Part shown: positions 38,766 to 51,244 of the stretch, piece after piece
Numbering within the stretch: the first letter of the stretch is position 1
Layout: every line of letters begins with the position of its first letter
From: Mobula hypostoma
Lineage: Eukaryota
Assembly (NCBI RefSeq): GCF_963921235.1
Contig: NC_086109.1
Location: 13,580,001-13,644,000 of the forward strand
DNA length: 64,000 nucleotides
Direction of reading: 5' to 3'
The notes under the pieces: model-generated
What the model was told of the DNA's origin: nothing
Database searches by the model: none
The model's input: the letters and a program-made list of their open reading frames with translations, nothing else
Translations under genes and position numbers: made by a program

Positions 38766-41700
38766 TCATCTAAAGTCTGCTCGCATTGGGGTTAAATATT
38801 CAATCCATTTATTCCAGATTTGATAAAATGTTTCTTTTTGAGTTCTCAGGGAGTAAGTCAACTTTTCCATTTTAAATATTTCCAAGATAATTTCGTACCA
38901 ATCTTCTAATGTAGGTGGTATTGGATTTAGCCATTTTCTAGTGATTGATTTCTTACTTGCCGCTAAGAGGGCCTGCAGCAACTTTATATCTTCCTTCTGT
39001 TCAAGGAACAATACATGCCCCAAATAGAGCATCTCAAAGTTCAGAGGTATCTGGGACCTAAGTACCTTAACTAATGTTCTATGAATACCTTCCCAAAATA
39101 GACTTAATTTAGGGCAATCCCAGAAAATATGAAAATGATTTGCCTCCTTGGAGCCGCACCTTCTCCAACACATCACATTTGTATCTTTATATTTTTCCTG
39201 ATATGGGGTCTTGAAGTATCTTATAATGTCTTTCAAACAATGTTCTCTCCAAGTCAAAGAATTAGTCGAGGACCATTGAAAGCAGCAGATTTTCCCCCAA
39301 GCCTCCTCTGAAAGTACCAACCCCGCTTCTTTCTCCCACTTCTCTTTAATATACAGTGTATTTACATTTTTAGCATGGGAGAGTGCATTATATAGGCGAG
39401 AAACTGATTTACTAGGTATTGAACTGCAAGCCGAATTCAGAATCTTGAAAAATTCTAATTCTACTGTTGATAGGTCTGTATATCTACAACTCTGGTTAAC
39501 ATAGTTTCGTAATTGAAGGTACCTAAAAAAGTCATTATGTTCTAGGCCATGTTTGTCCTGCAGGATTTGGAAACTTTGTAATACTCTTTTATCTATAAAT
39601 GAGAGGTAGGTTGTAAGACCTTTCTTTATCCATAGCTCAAATCTTTTATCTCCTCTGTTGGGAAGGAATTCGGTATCATATGCACACCATCTAAAGAGTT
39701 TTAACATGTTATTAATTCCACATGAATTAACCACCTTCTGCCATACTTTTAATGTAAGATTTATCCAAGCATTATTAAATTTTTCCAACTGGGCCATCAA
39801 TCCTTTGTCAGCTATTGAGGCCTGAAGAGGAAAACTGTCAACTAATCCAAATTCTATTTCCTTCCATCTAGCCTTATATTCCCTATTACACCAATATAAC
39901 AGAGGGGTTATCTGTGAGGCATAAAAATAATTTCTCAGGCAAGGAAGAACCATACCTCCTCCTTCCTTCCCTAACTGTAAGGTGTTATATCGAATTCTAG
40001 GTTTCCTTCCTTGCCAAATGAAGCGGGAAATCCATTTGTCCCATTCCCTGAATTGATTATCATCCACCTCCACTGGTAAAGTACGGAAAAGATATAATAA
40101 CCGAGGAAGAATATTCATTTTTATAGTATTTATCCTTGAATTTAAACTTAAAAAGGGGATAAGATTCCATCTATGCATATCTGCTTTTATCTCTGAGATT
40201 AATGGCCCATAATTTACCTGTGACAGTGTTGAAAGATCCTTTGGCAGGGTTATTCCTAAATATTTTAATGATTTAGCTTCCCACTTAAGATCGTATGTAT
40301 CCTGCAATTTTTTGGATGGTGTATAATTTAGGGACATAACCTGCGTTTTCTTTACATTTATTTTATAACCTGATATTTTCCCAAAGTCATCCAACAGTGT
40401 AAACAATCCTATAAATGATTTTTCTGGTTCACTCAGATAGACCAAAACATCATCTGCAAATAACGCCACTTTCTGTTCAATCCCTGCCACCTTGATACCT
40501 TTTACAATTTCGCTCTGTCTTATTAGTTGGGCAAGTGGTTCAATATATAGCGCAAAAAGGAGAGGAGAAATTGGGCATCCCTGTCTAGTGCCTCTCTCTA
40601 AAATGAAGGAGTCAGAGAGGTCCCCATTTATCTTAATTCGGGCTGTAGGGCTGTCATATAGAGTCTGAATTACTTTAATAAACCTTTCTTGAAAGCCGAA
40701 TCTTCCTAACACTCTGTATAGGAATGCCCAACTAACCGAATCAAAAGCTTTCTCAGCGTCCAATCCTACTACCATTGTCTCTGTCTCGTTCTTATTAACC
40801 TGTTCTAATATGCGCAGAGTTCTCCTTATGTTGTCCTGTGTTTGTCTTTGTTGAATAAATCCAGTCTGGTCTAAATGGATTAGGCCAGGTAAAAGCTTTT
40901 CCAATCTGCGCGCTAATATAGATGTAAATAGTTTGTAATCTAAATTAAGAACACTAATTGGCCGATAATTGCCACATTCTAGTTTATCTTTACCCTCTTT
41001 AGGAATAACTGAAATAATTGCTTCTCTCCAGGAAGGTGGAGTTTCTCCTCTCTGCAAGATCCAGTTAAAGGTGTTAAGTAGTAATGGGGCTAACTGTGTC
41101 TTCAGGGACTTGTACCACTCTGAGGTAAACCCATCAGAACCCGGGGACTTTCCAGCCTTTAACCTAGAGATGGCCACGTTCAGTTCTTTGACAGTTACTG
41201 GTTCTAATAAACTTTCATTTTGTAAATCTGTAAGTTTAGGTAGATCTAAAAAATTCAATACACTGTCTATATAGGGCTCATTGGGGGCCCGGGGTTGGGA
41301 GTACAGCTCTCGATAATATGTTTCAAAACTCTCTTGAATTTTCCCTATTGTACTCTCCACAACCTTTGTCTTTGGATTCTTTATTTTATGAATTGTATTG
41401 TCTGCTTGTTGTATTCGTAATTTATATGCTAATAATCTAGCTGATTTACCTCCTACTTCATAATTCTTTTGTCTCAGGTAAAGAAAATTTCTTTGAGTTT
41501 CCAACGTATAAGTATCATCAATTTCACTTTGCAATTTCCTAATTTCCTGTTTTCAATTTGAATTACTTTTGTTGCCATCTACAACTTGAAGTTGTTTTAA
41601 TTTTCCTTGAAGGTCTGCTAATTTTTGTGCATTGATTTTTTTCATGTGAGTAGTAATGGAAATAATTTTCCCTCTCAGTACAGCTTTCAATGTATCCCAT

Positions 41701-42554
41701 AAAATCACTGGTGATGTTTCTCCCGTGTCATTAAGGTCTAGATATTCTTTGATTTCTCCCCTTAATCTCTCCATTACTTTCGGGTTATTGAGTATATGTG
41801 AGTTTAGCCTCCACAGTGTTTTCCTCATTTTCCTTTCCAGGATTAGAGACATAGAGACTGGGCTATGATCTGACAGATCAATTGTTGCAATATTACAGTT
41901 TTTTATCCTGAGTCTATCTGTATTAAAGATAAAGAAATAGTCTATCCTTGAATAGGCTGAATGAGGGAAAGAGTAATATGTATAATCTTTACTAGTAGGG
42001 TGTAATTCCCTCCAGACATCTATAATTCCCAACTCCTCCATCAATGAATTCACTTTCCGAGTCAGAGGTTTATTCTGAGTAACTATTCTTGAAGAATCTA
42101 ATATAGGATTTAATCTAATATTAAAATCCCCTCCACAAATTACTACCCCTCGAGAACTGACCATTAGGTCAAAAATGTGTCTATAAAATGACCATTCACT
42201 ACCTGGAGGAGCATAAACATTCAGCAATGTTATTTCTGTACCTTCTATTCTTCCTGTGATTTTTACAAACCGTCCTTCTTTGTCTCTAGTCTCTGAAATA
42301 TGTTCATAATTAAGAGTACTTGATATTAAAGTAGCTACCCCTCTTTTGTGACTCAATTTATATGATGAATAAAATACATGCTTAAAGCCCATTCTTTTTA
42401 ATTTTCCATGTTCAGATTGGCTCATATGTGTTTCCTGGAGGAAAGCTATTTGGGCCCTCTCTTTTTTCAAATTAGACATTATCTTATTTCTTTTAATTGG
42501 ATTCAAAACCCCATTAACATTATAGGAAATTATTTTTACCAATTCAGTTTGCAT
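38766..42554 (-). pseudogene. L1 ORF2 (APE endonuclease, RT, CCHC), 1262 codons with one in-frame TGA at 41553-41555
   Basis: ORFs 41553..42554 (SYNVNG, LQETH, NVYAP, GGDFN, SRIDY, SDH) and 38766..41534 (KSPGSDG, NYRPISVLN, LDAEKAFD, RQGCPISP, FADD, YLG, CWRRC..HIFWDC) are in the same frame, separated by 6 sense codons. Confidence 0.95.
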
Positions 42555-42916
42555 TTTTCTCTAGTAGAAAAAAAGCACTCTCCTTTTCTAACCAAACAGT
42601 AAGCAATCCCTTCTCAACAGTAAACCAAGACATATAACCACACCCTAGACATTTCTGAACGTATAACATTTGAAAATTTTTCCTGACTTCCCACAGTGAG
42701 GCCTGAGCACCGACCCGCCTCAGTTCAGAGGGATAACCTCTATCTTCACCCTGTGTTAGAGGGCCCTCAGCAGTTTGAATAATCATAGAGAATTTTCTCC
42801 TATTTATGTCTCGACCATATTGCTATCATTCAAGTTATTCCGCCTAGTTTATTTTCAGTTACCAGTTTTCATTTTACTTTTAAGTCCAATTTACTCTTTT
42901 CAGTCATTTCTCTTAA

Positions 42917-43903
42917 TTAATCTGTATTCTCTGTACATTCGCGTCTGAATATTTGCAGCTTTTCCTTGTAGTTTGACACTCTGGTTCGAGTGGAGCGTCC
43001 TCGCCCCACTAACTGCCACGACTTCTGCCGAATCCTCTCCAGTAGCAACTCCGGTTGGGTGATAACTTTAATAGGTAGTCTCCGGTCTGCCAGGTCCAAC
43101 GTTGCCTCCTCCACCGTAGCGTAAGTTTTTGTCCCTTTGTCGTAAAAGACTCTCAGCCGAGCTGGATACAGGGTCTGGAATCTGATGTTGTTTTCCTTCA
43201 GGACTCTCCGTGTTTCCGTATATTCCTTCCGTCTGGCAAAAATCCCCGGTGCGTAGTCGTGGTCTAAACTGATTTTGCAGTTGTTCCACATGAAACCTTT
43301 CTTTTGCCATGCTCTTTTAAGCACCTCTTCCTTCGTTCTGTAACTGAGAAATCTGATCAGAATCGATCTGGGCTGGGCGCCTGCCGGAGGCTGTGGTGCC
43401 AACGTGCGGTGAGCCCTTTCTATCTGTAGGTCTTTTGCGGTCGGTATATCAAGGTTCTCTCTAAGCAGCTTCTCCACAAAGGGAATCATCAATCCGGGTT
43501 TACCTTCGGTCCCTTCGGGAACTCCGTAGATCCTCACATTTTCCCTTCTCGAGCGGCCTTCTTGATCTATTAGTTTCCACTGGAGCTGGTCTTGTAGCTT
43601 CAGCATTTCTGCTATCACTTCCTCGGCGTTTTGTAGCTTCTCTTCAATTCCAACAATCCTCGCTTCGGCTTCATCTATCCGCGAGTTAGTTTTTACTATT
43701 TCTCCTTTAATATCTTCCAGCTGTTTGCTGTTATCTTGTCGGAACTCACGAATCTCACCGAGAATCAAAGACAGAGTCACCGATTCCCCCTCATTATCTC
43801 TGTCCTGGCTTGCCGTGGGGGAGCTAGGCCCGTCGCCTTGCTGCGTCTCTTTATGTTTATCAGCCTTCGAAGCGGACTTTTTATTCTTGTTCTTAGACAT
43901 CAT
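42917..43903 (-). CDS. L1 ORF1p (coiled coil, RRM, CTD), intact 328 aa
   Basis: Heptad region, EGRSRRENVRIYGVPEG, IERAHR, PRSILIRF, YPARLRV. Confidence 0.95.
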   Translation of the reverse strand: MMSKNKNKKSASKADKHKETQQGDGPSSPTASQDRDNEGESVTLSLILGEIREFRQDNSKQLEDIKGEIVKTNSRIDEAEARIVGIEEKLQNAEEVIAEMLKLQDQLQWKLIDQEGRSRRENVRIYGVPEGTEGKPGLMIPFVEKLLRENLDIPTAKDLQIERAHRTLAPQPPAGAQPRSILIRFLSYRTKEEVLKRAWQKKGFMWNNCKISLDHDYAPGIFARRKEYTETRRVLKENNIRFQTLYPARLRVFYDKGTKTYATVEEATLDLADRRLPIKVITQPELLLERIRQKSWQLVGRGRSTRTRVSNYKEKLQIFRRECTENTD

Positions 43904-44005
43904 CCTTGCCCCTTTTATTAATATAGTTATGCAATATTAAGTATTTGTCTAAATTCGATTTTGGGGCAGTTTACCTTCTTTTTTGTCGAGAGACCTTTTC
44001 CTTAC

Positions 44006-44014
44006 GCCGCCATT
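44006..44014 (-). promoter_or_regulatory. YY1-like motif (AATGGCGGC) about 10 nt into the L1 5' UTR
   Basis: Element begins GATCAAGGGAATGGCGGCG; position resembles the YY1 site of mammalian L1 internal promoters. Confidence 0.5.
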
Positions 44015-44383
44015 CCCTTGATCGAAAGAAAATGAATCTCATGACAATATATTGTAACATATGTGTAATTTGAAATCAAATTTACTTTGGTTTAGAAGGT
44101 GGTTAGATGAAGAGAAAGCCACTGACACAGTTCCTGCAGAAACACATATTTATTTGTCACAGCTAGAACTCTCAGCTATAATAGAAAGCACGATCACCTA
44201 GACAACCAGAAAACCACGACACACATTACAGCTGCCCTGAAATGGAAAAGGGTGCCGAGACAAGGGATCAAGCTGTCAGACCAAATTTTTTGAAAGATAT
44301 GAATTATTAAATACACAGCAATGCCAAGACAGAGGTCCTGTCTGTCAAAGAAAGCAAAATCAGAATCAGAACCATGTTTAATA

Positions 44384-45763
44384 GGAGGAGGCGAAGATGG
44401 CAGTGCGACGGCAGTGTGCGCGGCCTCTCCGGTGATGAATATCTGTTCTCTGTCAAGTAGGGGACCGTGCACAATTCTGATTTGATGGAGACAGACGTGA
44501 GAGTACATAGTCATAGTCATAGTCATAGACATAGTCGTACATTATTAATCCCGGGGGAAATTGGTTTTCGTTACATTTGCTCCATAAATAATAACCAGTA
44601 ATAGAACCGTAAATAGTTAAATAGTAATATGTAAATTATACCTGTAAATTATGAAATAAGTCCAGGACCAGCCTATTGGCTCAGGATGTCTGACCCTCCA
44701 AGGCAGGAGTTGTAAAGTTTGATGGCCATAGGCAGGAATGACTTCCGATGACGCTCTGTGTTGCATCTCGGTGGAATGAGTCTCTGGCTGAATGTACTCC
44801 TGTGCCCACCCAGTACATTATGTAGTGGATGGGAGACATTGAAGATGGCATACAACTTAGACAGCATCCTCTTTTCAGACACCACCGTGAGAGAGTCCAG
44901 TTCCATCCCCACAACATCACTGGCCTTACAAATGAATTTGTTGATTCTGTTGGTGTCTGCTGCCCCAGCACACAACAGCAAACATGATAGCACTGGCCAC
45001 CACAGACTCGTAGAACATCCTCAGCATCGTCCGGCAGATGTTAAAGGACCTCAGTCTCCTCAGGAAATAGAGACAGCTCTGACCCTTCTTGTAGATAGCC
45101 TCAGTGTTCTTTGACCAGTCCAGTTTATTGTCAATTCGTATCCCCAGGTAATTGTAATCCTCCACCATGTCCACACTGACCCCCTGGATGGAAACAGGGG
45201 TCACCGGTACGGAGGAGGAACATCTGGAAAACTTCTGAAATACCCGCTTCGTTGCCGCTGCTACTGTGTGGTAACTGGAATCTCCGGAGCAGAAGGCCAC
45301 AAAATCCTTGGCTTTGCTCGTTTCATTGGCCGGGGCGAGGTCAAAGGTGCTCGGCAGAGGATGACGCTCCGGAGGCTGTATCGGAGGGGCTGGTCAAAGG
45401 CTCCAAGTTTTCAGATGGATGGACTCAGTGTCGGCTGTGGTCGGCTGCTTCCAAGGCATCGGCAAGTTGACAGTGCCTGGAGGTTTATGGCAGGGAGTTT
45501 CTTTTGCTATCAGGGACTCAGAAGTTGATCGACTCGGGGACTTTTGAGACTTTTTTTACTGTGCCCATGGTTTGTTCTTCATCAAATTATGGTATTGCTT
45601 TGCACTGCTGTAACTATATGTTATAATTATGTAGTTCTGTCAGGGTTAGTCTTTGGTTTGTCCTGTTTTCTGTGATATCACTCCGGAGAAACATTGTATC
45701 ATTTCTTAATGCATGTATGCATTTCTAAATGACAATAAAGGAGGACTGAGTGTTCTCATAATC
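44384..45763 (+). mobile_element. Non-autonomous retroposon, copy B, split by a Rex-like insertion; TSD TAATA
   Basis: ggaggaggcgaagatggc start, ctcataatct end; TAATA at 44379-44383 and 45764-45768. Confidence 0.75.
44507..45210 (-). mobile_element. Rex1/Babar-like LINE 3' fragment with (ACTATG)n tail
   Basis: YNYLGIRIDNKLDWSKNTEAIYKKGQSCLYFLRRLRSF..MFYESVVAS, SHPLH, RKSFLP; catagt repeats at 44506-44537. Confidence 0.85.
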
Positions 45764-47022
45764 TAATATTGCTGGCATATGTCGTGAAGTCTGTTGTTTA
45801 GTGGCACCAGAACAGTGTAATGAATAATTTTTTTAAACTGTACAGTAAATATATGTTATAAGTAGTTTGCAAAAAGAGAAAAAAAAAGAAAAATCAGTGG
45901 GGTAGTGCTCATGGGTTCAACGTCCATTCAGAAATCAGATGGCAGAAGGGAAGAAACTGTTTCTGAATCACTGAGTGTGTGCCCTTAGGCTTCTGTATCT
46001 CCGTCCTGATGGTAGCAATGAGAAGAGGGCATGTCCTGGGTGATGGGGGTCCTTAATGACAGATGCTGCCTTTTTGAGCAGTGCATAGAATGAGGAGATA
46101 AACTAGGAACAAATGATTTGAAGGTTGGCACACGGTATAGGGGATTTTATGGAAGGATTTATTAGAAGTTGCATTCCTCAGAATCAAAATCAAAACTGGA
46201 ATCAGGTTTACTGGCACTGGCATACGTCGTGTGATTAGTTGTTTTGTGGCAGCAGTACAGTGCAAGACGTAAAAATCATTGTGAGCTGCAATAACAAATA
46301 TTTTTTTAAAGTAAGTCATGCAGAAAGAGAGCAAAAGCTTGAGGTAGTGTCCGTGGGTTCATGGACAGTTCAAGTAGATGGAGGGGAAAGGCTTGGAGGG
46401 TTGTGGGCCAAACATGGACAACTGGGACTAGCAGAGGGGGGGATTTGTGGTTGGCACATGCCTGTTGGGCCGAAGGGCCTGTTTCTGTACTGTCTGACTC
46501 GATGCTCCATGACTCTGTGATTTTATATCATTGCTTCCTTCCCTGAAGACACCACATCTCGCTGAGTGACCGTCCATGGCAATAATTCCAACACTGGAAT
46601 CAACAGTCTTGCCATGTATCGTTCACTTGCCAATGTCTGCCAACTCATACACTGTGCCCATCCCCTACCTGTCACGTCTCATCCCTCCTCAGTGCCCTTA
46701 TCACCCCAAACACAAGTATCACCACTCCTCCCCTCCTCTTCATCTCACCTTGCCACTCTTTGTTCATCATCACCCAGACTGTGAGATTTCTGAGCACCCT
46801 GCTACCGCCCAGTACACATTATTTATAGCAGCACCAAAAGCAGTAATGCTATTGTATATTTAACTATACTGTACGTCACGTACGGACTTAATACTTTTTT
46901 AATCTGTTAATATTGTTGGGTTAGTATTATTGGAACCAGTGCCAGAATCAGGTTTAATATCACCGGCATATGTCGTGAAATTTGTTAACTCTGCGGCAGC
47001 AGTACAATGCGATACTGATAAA

Positions 47023-47629
47023 GGCGGAAGGAGAAGATGGCAGCGCACGCAGCTCTCCGGTGAAATGATGTCGTATCTGTTAAATAGGGGCCATGGACAA
47101 TTCTGATTTGATGGAGACAGACGTGAGAGCACAGAGGAACATCTGGAGAAGTTTCTGAAACGCCGGTTCACTGCCGCTGTTACTGGAGGGAAGGCCCCAA
47201 AATCCCCGGCTTTGCCTGCTGCTGGCGACTGAGGCTGAGGTCGAAGCGTTCGGATAGAGATGGTGCTTGGTACCCGGTGTCGGAGGGCTGATCGGAGGCT
47301 CGAAGTTTTCGGATGACTCAGAGTCGGACTGTGGTTGGGCATGGCAGAGAGAGTTTTCTTCCTTCTCCCGTCTGCGTGAGATGTGGGACTTTCGAGAGAC
47401 TTTGAACTTTTTTACTGTGCTCATGGCCTGTTCTTCATCAAGTTATGGTATTGTTGCACTGTTGTAACTATATGTTATAATTATGTGTTTTTTGTTAGTT
47501 TTTCAGTCTCGGTCTGTCCTGTGTTTCTGTGATATCACACCGGAGGAATATTGTATCATTTCTTAATGCATGCATTACTAAATGACAATAAAAGAGGACT
47601 GCGTGTCCTCATAATCTAATCTAATCTAA
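47023..47629 (+). mobile_element. Non-autonomous retroposon, copy C
   Basis: ggcggaaggagaagatggcagcg start; aataaa then (aatct)3 tail. Confidence 0.78.
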
Positions 47630-47704
47630 CAGAGAGAAAAAGCTGTAAATTACAGTAAGTATATATGCGTTTGTGTGTGTGTATATATATATACATACAT
47701 ATAT

Positions 47705-48110
47705 AAGACATAGGAGCAGAATTAGGCATCTGGCCCATCAAGTCTGCTCCGCCATTCAATCATGGCTGATCCTTATTTTTTCTCCTCTTCAACCCCAGGT
47801 CTCAGCCTTCTCCCTGTAACCTTTGATGCCACGTCCAATCAGGAACCTATCAATCTCTGCCTTAAATACACCCAATGACCCGGCCTCCACGGCTGCCTGT
47901 GGCAACTGATTCCACAAATTCACCACCCTTTGGCTAAAGAAATTACTCTGCTTCTCTGTTTTGAAAGGGAGCCCCTCTATCCTGAGACTATGCCCTCGTG
48001 TCCTAGACCTCCCTCCATGGGAAATATCCTATCCACATCTACTCTGCCTAGGCCTTTCAACATTCGAAACATTTTAATGAGATCCCCCCTCATCCTTCTG
48101 TATTCCAGCA
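47705..48110 (-). mobile_element. CR1 3' end
   Basis: Same 3' UTR as 12985 and 24345 (ggagcagaattaggc..catggctgatcc). Confidence 0.7.
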
Positions 48111-48404
48111 AGTTAGAAATAGAAATGAAAATCTAGTGACTTGGTCCTTCCAGGTGAGTCGACACCTCACCTATGAGTCTGCTGGAAATATTTACTGTGG
48201 CCGGTGCTCCCGGTGTGGCCTTCTGTAGATTGACGAGACCCAATGTAGATACATAGATTGGGAGACAGCTTCATCGAGCATCTACGCTCCATCTGCCAGA
48301 ACGAGTGGGATGTCCCAGTGGCCCCATGCACTTTAATTCCACTTCCCATTCCCAGTCCGATCCACTGTCACGATGAGGTCACACACAGGTTGGAAAAACA
48401 ATAC

Positions 48405-51244
48405 TGTGACACTCTGGGGAGGGGGGGGCATGGTCGACTCCTGCCCCTGCATTTCTAATGACCAGCACTGTTTATTGTTCTCGTGTTAAAATGTTTTTGT
48501 GGGATTATGGTGGGAAGTTCCAGTTCATTTATTGTTACATTTTAGCTTGGGTTATACAGTTATTCACTTGTGTATTTGTGGGTCACTCTGACTGTAACTG
48601 GGGTGTGTGATGGTCACCTCCCCCGTCGGTGTGAGACTGGTTGGGTTCACTCTCCGGGTCATGGTGCCCTGTCTGTTTTGTGTCTATCGCAATAAAACAG
48701 ATGTTGAGTTCAACGAGCTTCCTTGTCTGTCATTATGAACCAAATGCTTCCTTCCCTCTTTGGTATCAGAAGTGGGATGCGAGATTAAAGAGCTACAATG
48801 TCCGACAGAGTGCCTTAAGACCCAGGGAATAAGCCGAGGGACCGGGCAGTATGGTTCCCCTGCACCCTCCAGAGGGAGGACCTGGGAACTGAGCATCGTG
48901 ACTTCCCAGGCAGCCCCGACGGAGTGAGTGTACCCAGGCTCCCCGACCCGGGGGACAGAGAGGAGCACATCACCTGTCCCCTTGGCAACCCACACCGGGG
49001 AACCCAAGACGCCGTAGCCATGGGAGGACGGGCACCATGGCAGACGCTGCTGGAACAACAAGAAGACCAAAGGGCCTCGACGATTTATGCCCCAGGGCCC
49101 ACCCTGAATCTCCCCAGATACAATGGTACCAGCTGCCTGCAGCCTTACCTGACGCAAGTCAAACTTGCCGCACGGCGCAGTAGGTGGATCCACCAAGACA
49201 GCGGGGAACCTTGCCCTGGCACTGGAGGGAGATGCCCTGTGGGCCTTCCTCGACTTAACGCCAGCAGAGCAGCGTGACTACAGGGCCTTCGGGGTGACGT
49301 TTCGAGCAGAGGCGAACCACTACCGGTTTCACAGCAGCCCTTGGCGGAGAAGCACATCGAGCATCGGCCCAACGCAGCACAGCTGGACCAGGGGCAAATG
49401 ACAGCCGGCGACGACCTCCCCACCATGAACCAACAGCTGCACAGCGAACCAGTGAGTGATCCCGTGCTGGCCCGGGTGAGGGAATGGCTGAGCGTGGGCC
49501 GACAGACGGAGTGCACAGAAGTCTCTGCCCTGGACCCAGGGAGCAAAGCCCTATACTCGCGGTGGGGAACGCCGGAGGTCCACGGCGGGTTGCTGTTCAG
49601 ACGGTGGCAGTTGTCCGATGGTGAGAGAAGCCTCTTGCAGCTGGTGGTCCCCCGGGGGCTGCGCACCATGGTGCTGTAAGTCGGTGCACGGGCTGGTGCG
49701 GGCCGGCCATTTCAGAGTTGCAAAGACGTTGGGCAGGCTATGTGAACGCTTCCTCTGGCCTGGGTACAGGCAGGACATGGAGCTTGCTTGTCCCAGAAGA
49801 GGCTGGGCCGCCAGTCTAGGGCACCAGTGCAGCAGTACATGGAGGGGGCCCCGGTATGGGTCTACTATCACAAACAACCTGACTTGGTCCAACCAAGCAG
49901 AGTTCACTGCCAAGAAGGCCCACCAGCGCCTTTACTTCCTGAGAAAACTAAAGAAATTTGGCCTGTCCCCTAAAACCCTCACTAATTTTTATAGATGCAC
50001 CGTAGAAAGCATTCTTCTAGGGTGCATCACAACCTGGTATGGAAGTTGTCCTGTCCAAGACTGAAAGAAGCTGCAGAAGATCGTGAACACGGTGCAGCAC
50101 ATCACACAAACCAATCTTCCGTCCGTGGACTCACATTACACTGCACGCTGTCGGAGCAGTGCTGCCAGGATAATCAAGGACACGACCCACCCAGCCAACA
50201 CACTTTTCGTCTCTCTCTGAGCCTTCTCTTCCCTCCGGGAGAAGGCTTAGGAGCTTGAAGACTTCTACGGCCAGATTTGGGAACAGCTTGTTTCCAACTG
50301 TGATAAGACTGCTGAACGGATCCTGACCGAGATCTGGGCCATACCCTCCAAATATCCGGACCTGCCTCTCAGTTTTTTTTTGCACTACCTTACTTCCCAT
50401 TTTTCTATTTTCTATCTATGATTTATAATTTAAATTTTTAATATTTACTAATTTTACTATTTTTAATATTTAATATTTGTAATCCAGGGAGTGTGAAGTG
50501 CAGAATCAAATATCGCTGTGATGATTGTACGTTCTAGTATCAATTGTTTGGTGACAATAAAGTATAAAGTACTACCCCTTCTGGAAAAGGGAACTATCCC
50601 CCGGGCTTGGAAGCCACTGGAAGGGGCCGGGAGAGGTGCTTGACCACACATCCGATGTGGTTGCCTGAGCAACGGAAGGCAGTCCTGCTGCACTGGGACC
50701 GGCCAGCACCATGTCAGTCCTTGGCCACCACTAACTCAACAAGGCTGAAAGAAGGAAGTGACACTCCGGGGGCCCTGCCTCTTGCCTCACACAAACAGGC
50801 GACAGTGTCGATGCCTACCGGGACTTCTGAGCTTTGTCATGGACTCTGGGTTTGCCAGGAATGGCTGACCACTTGGGTGGGGGCAATGTGATGCTCTGGG
50901 TGGGTAAGTGGGAGGCATGGTCAACAGCCCACCCCTGCATTTATAATGACTAGCACTGTTTATTGTTCTTGTGTTAAAATGCTTTTGGTGGGATTATGGT
51001 GGGAAGTTCCAGTTTATTTATTGCTACATTTTATCTTGGGTTATACAGTTATACAGTTGTGTATTTGTGGGTCACCCTGACTGTAACCGGGGTGTGTGAT
51101 GGTCACCTCCCCCATCTGTATGAGGCTGGTTGGGTTCACTCTTCGGGCCATGGAGCCTGGTCGGTTTTGTGTTTATCACAATAAAACCGTTGTTGCGTTC
51201 AACCAGCTGCCTTGTCTGTCATTGTGGACTAAATGCTCACCACA
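48405..51244 (+). mobile_element. Internally deleted Ty3/Gypsy LTR retrotransposon (LTRs ~48405-48758 and 50887-51244) inserted in a Penelope endonuclease remnant
   Basis: Direct ~355-bp repeats starting TGTGA; PBS TGGTATCAGAAGTGGGAT at 48761 (tRNA-Leu-like); PPT gggtgggggcaa; gag remnant LPRYNG..LALALEGDAL; integrase zinc-finger remnant LVVPRGLR..GHFRVAKT..RFLWPG; flanks ATAC/TTAC. Confidence 0.85.
49858..50570 (+). mobile_element. Rex1/Babar-like 3' fragment nested in the Gypsy element
   Basis: LTWSNQ..KKAHQRLYFLRKLKKFGL..NFYRCTVESIL..CITTWYG; tail aataaagtataaagta. Confidence 0.8.

Larger units (their letters stand above)
38213..44023 (-). mobile_element. Full-length L1-clade LINE (~5.8 kb) with perfect 17-bp TSD
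   Basis: GAAAGAAAATGAATCTC at 38196-38212 and 44024-44040; T-rich (poly-A) end at 38213-38238; ORF1 and ORF2 in canonical order. Confidence 0.97.

Noticed and set aside
41553..42554. Stand-alone AP endonuclease gene or three-ORF LINE
   Set aside because: In frame with the RT ORF across one stop codon; it is the N-terminus of L1 ORF2.
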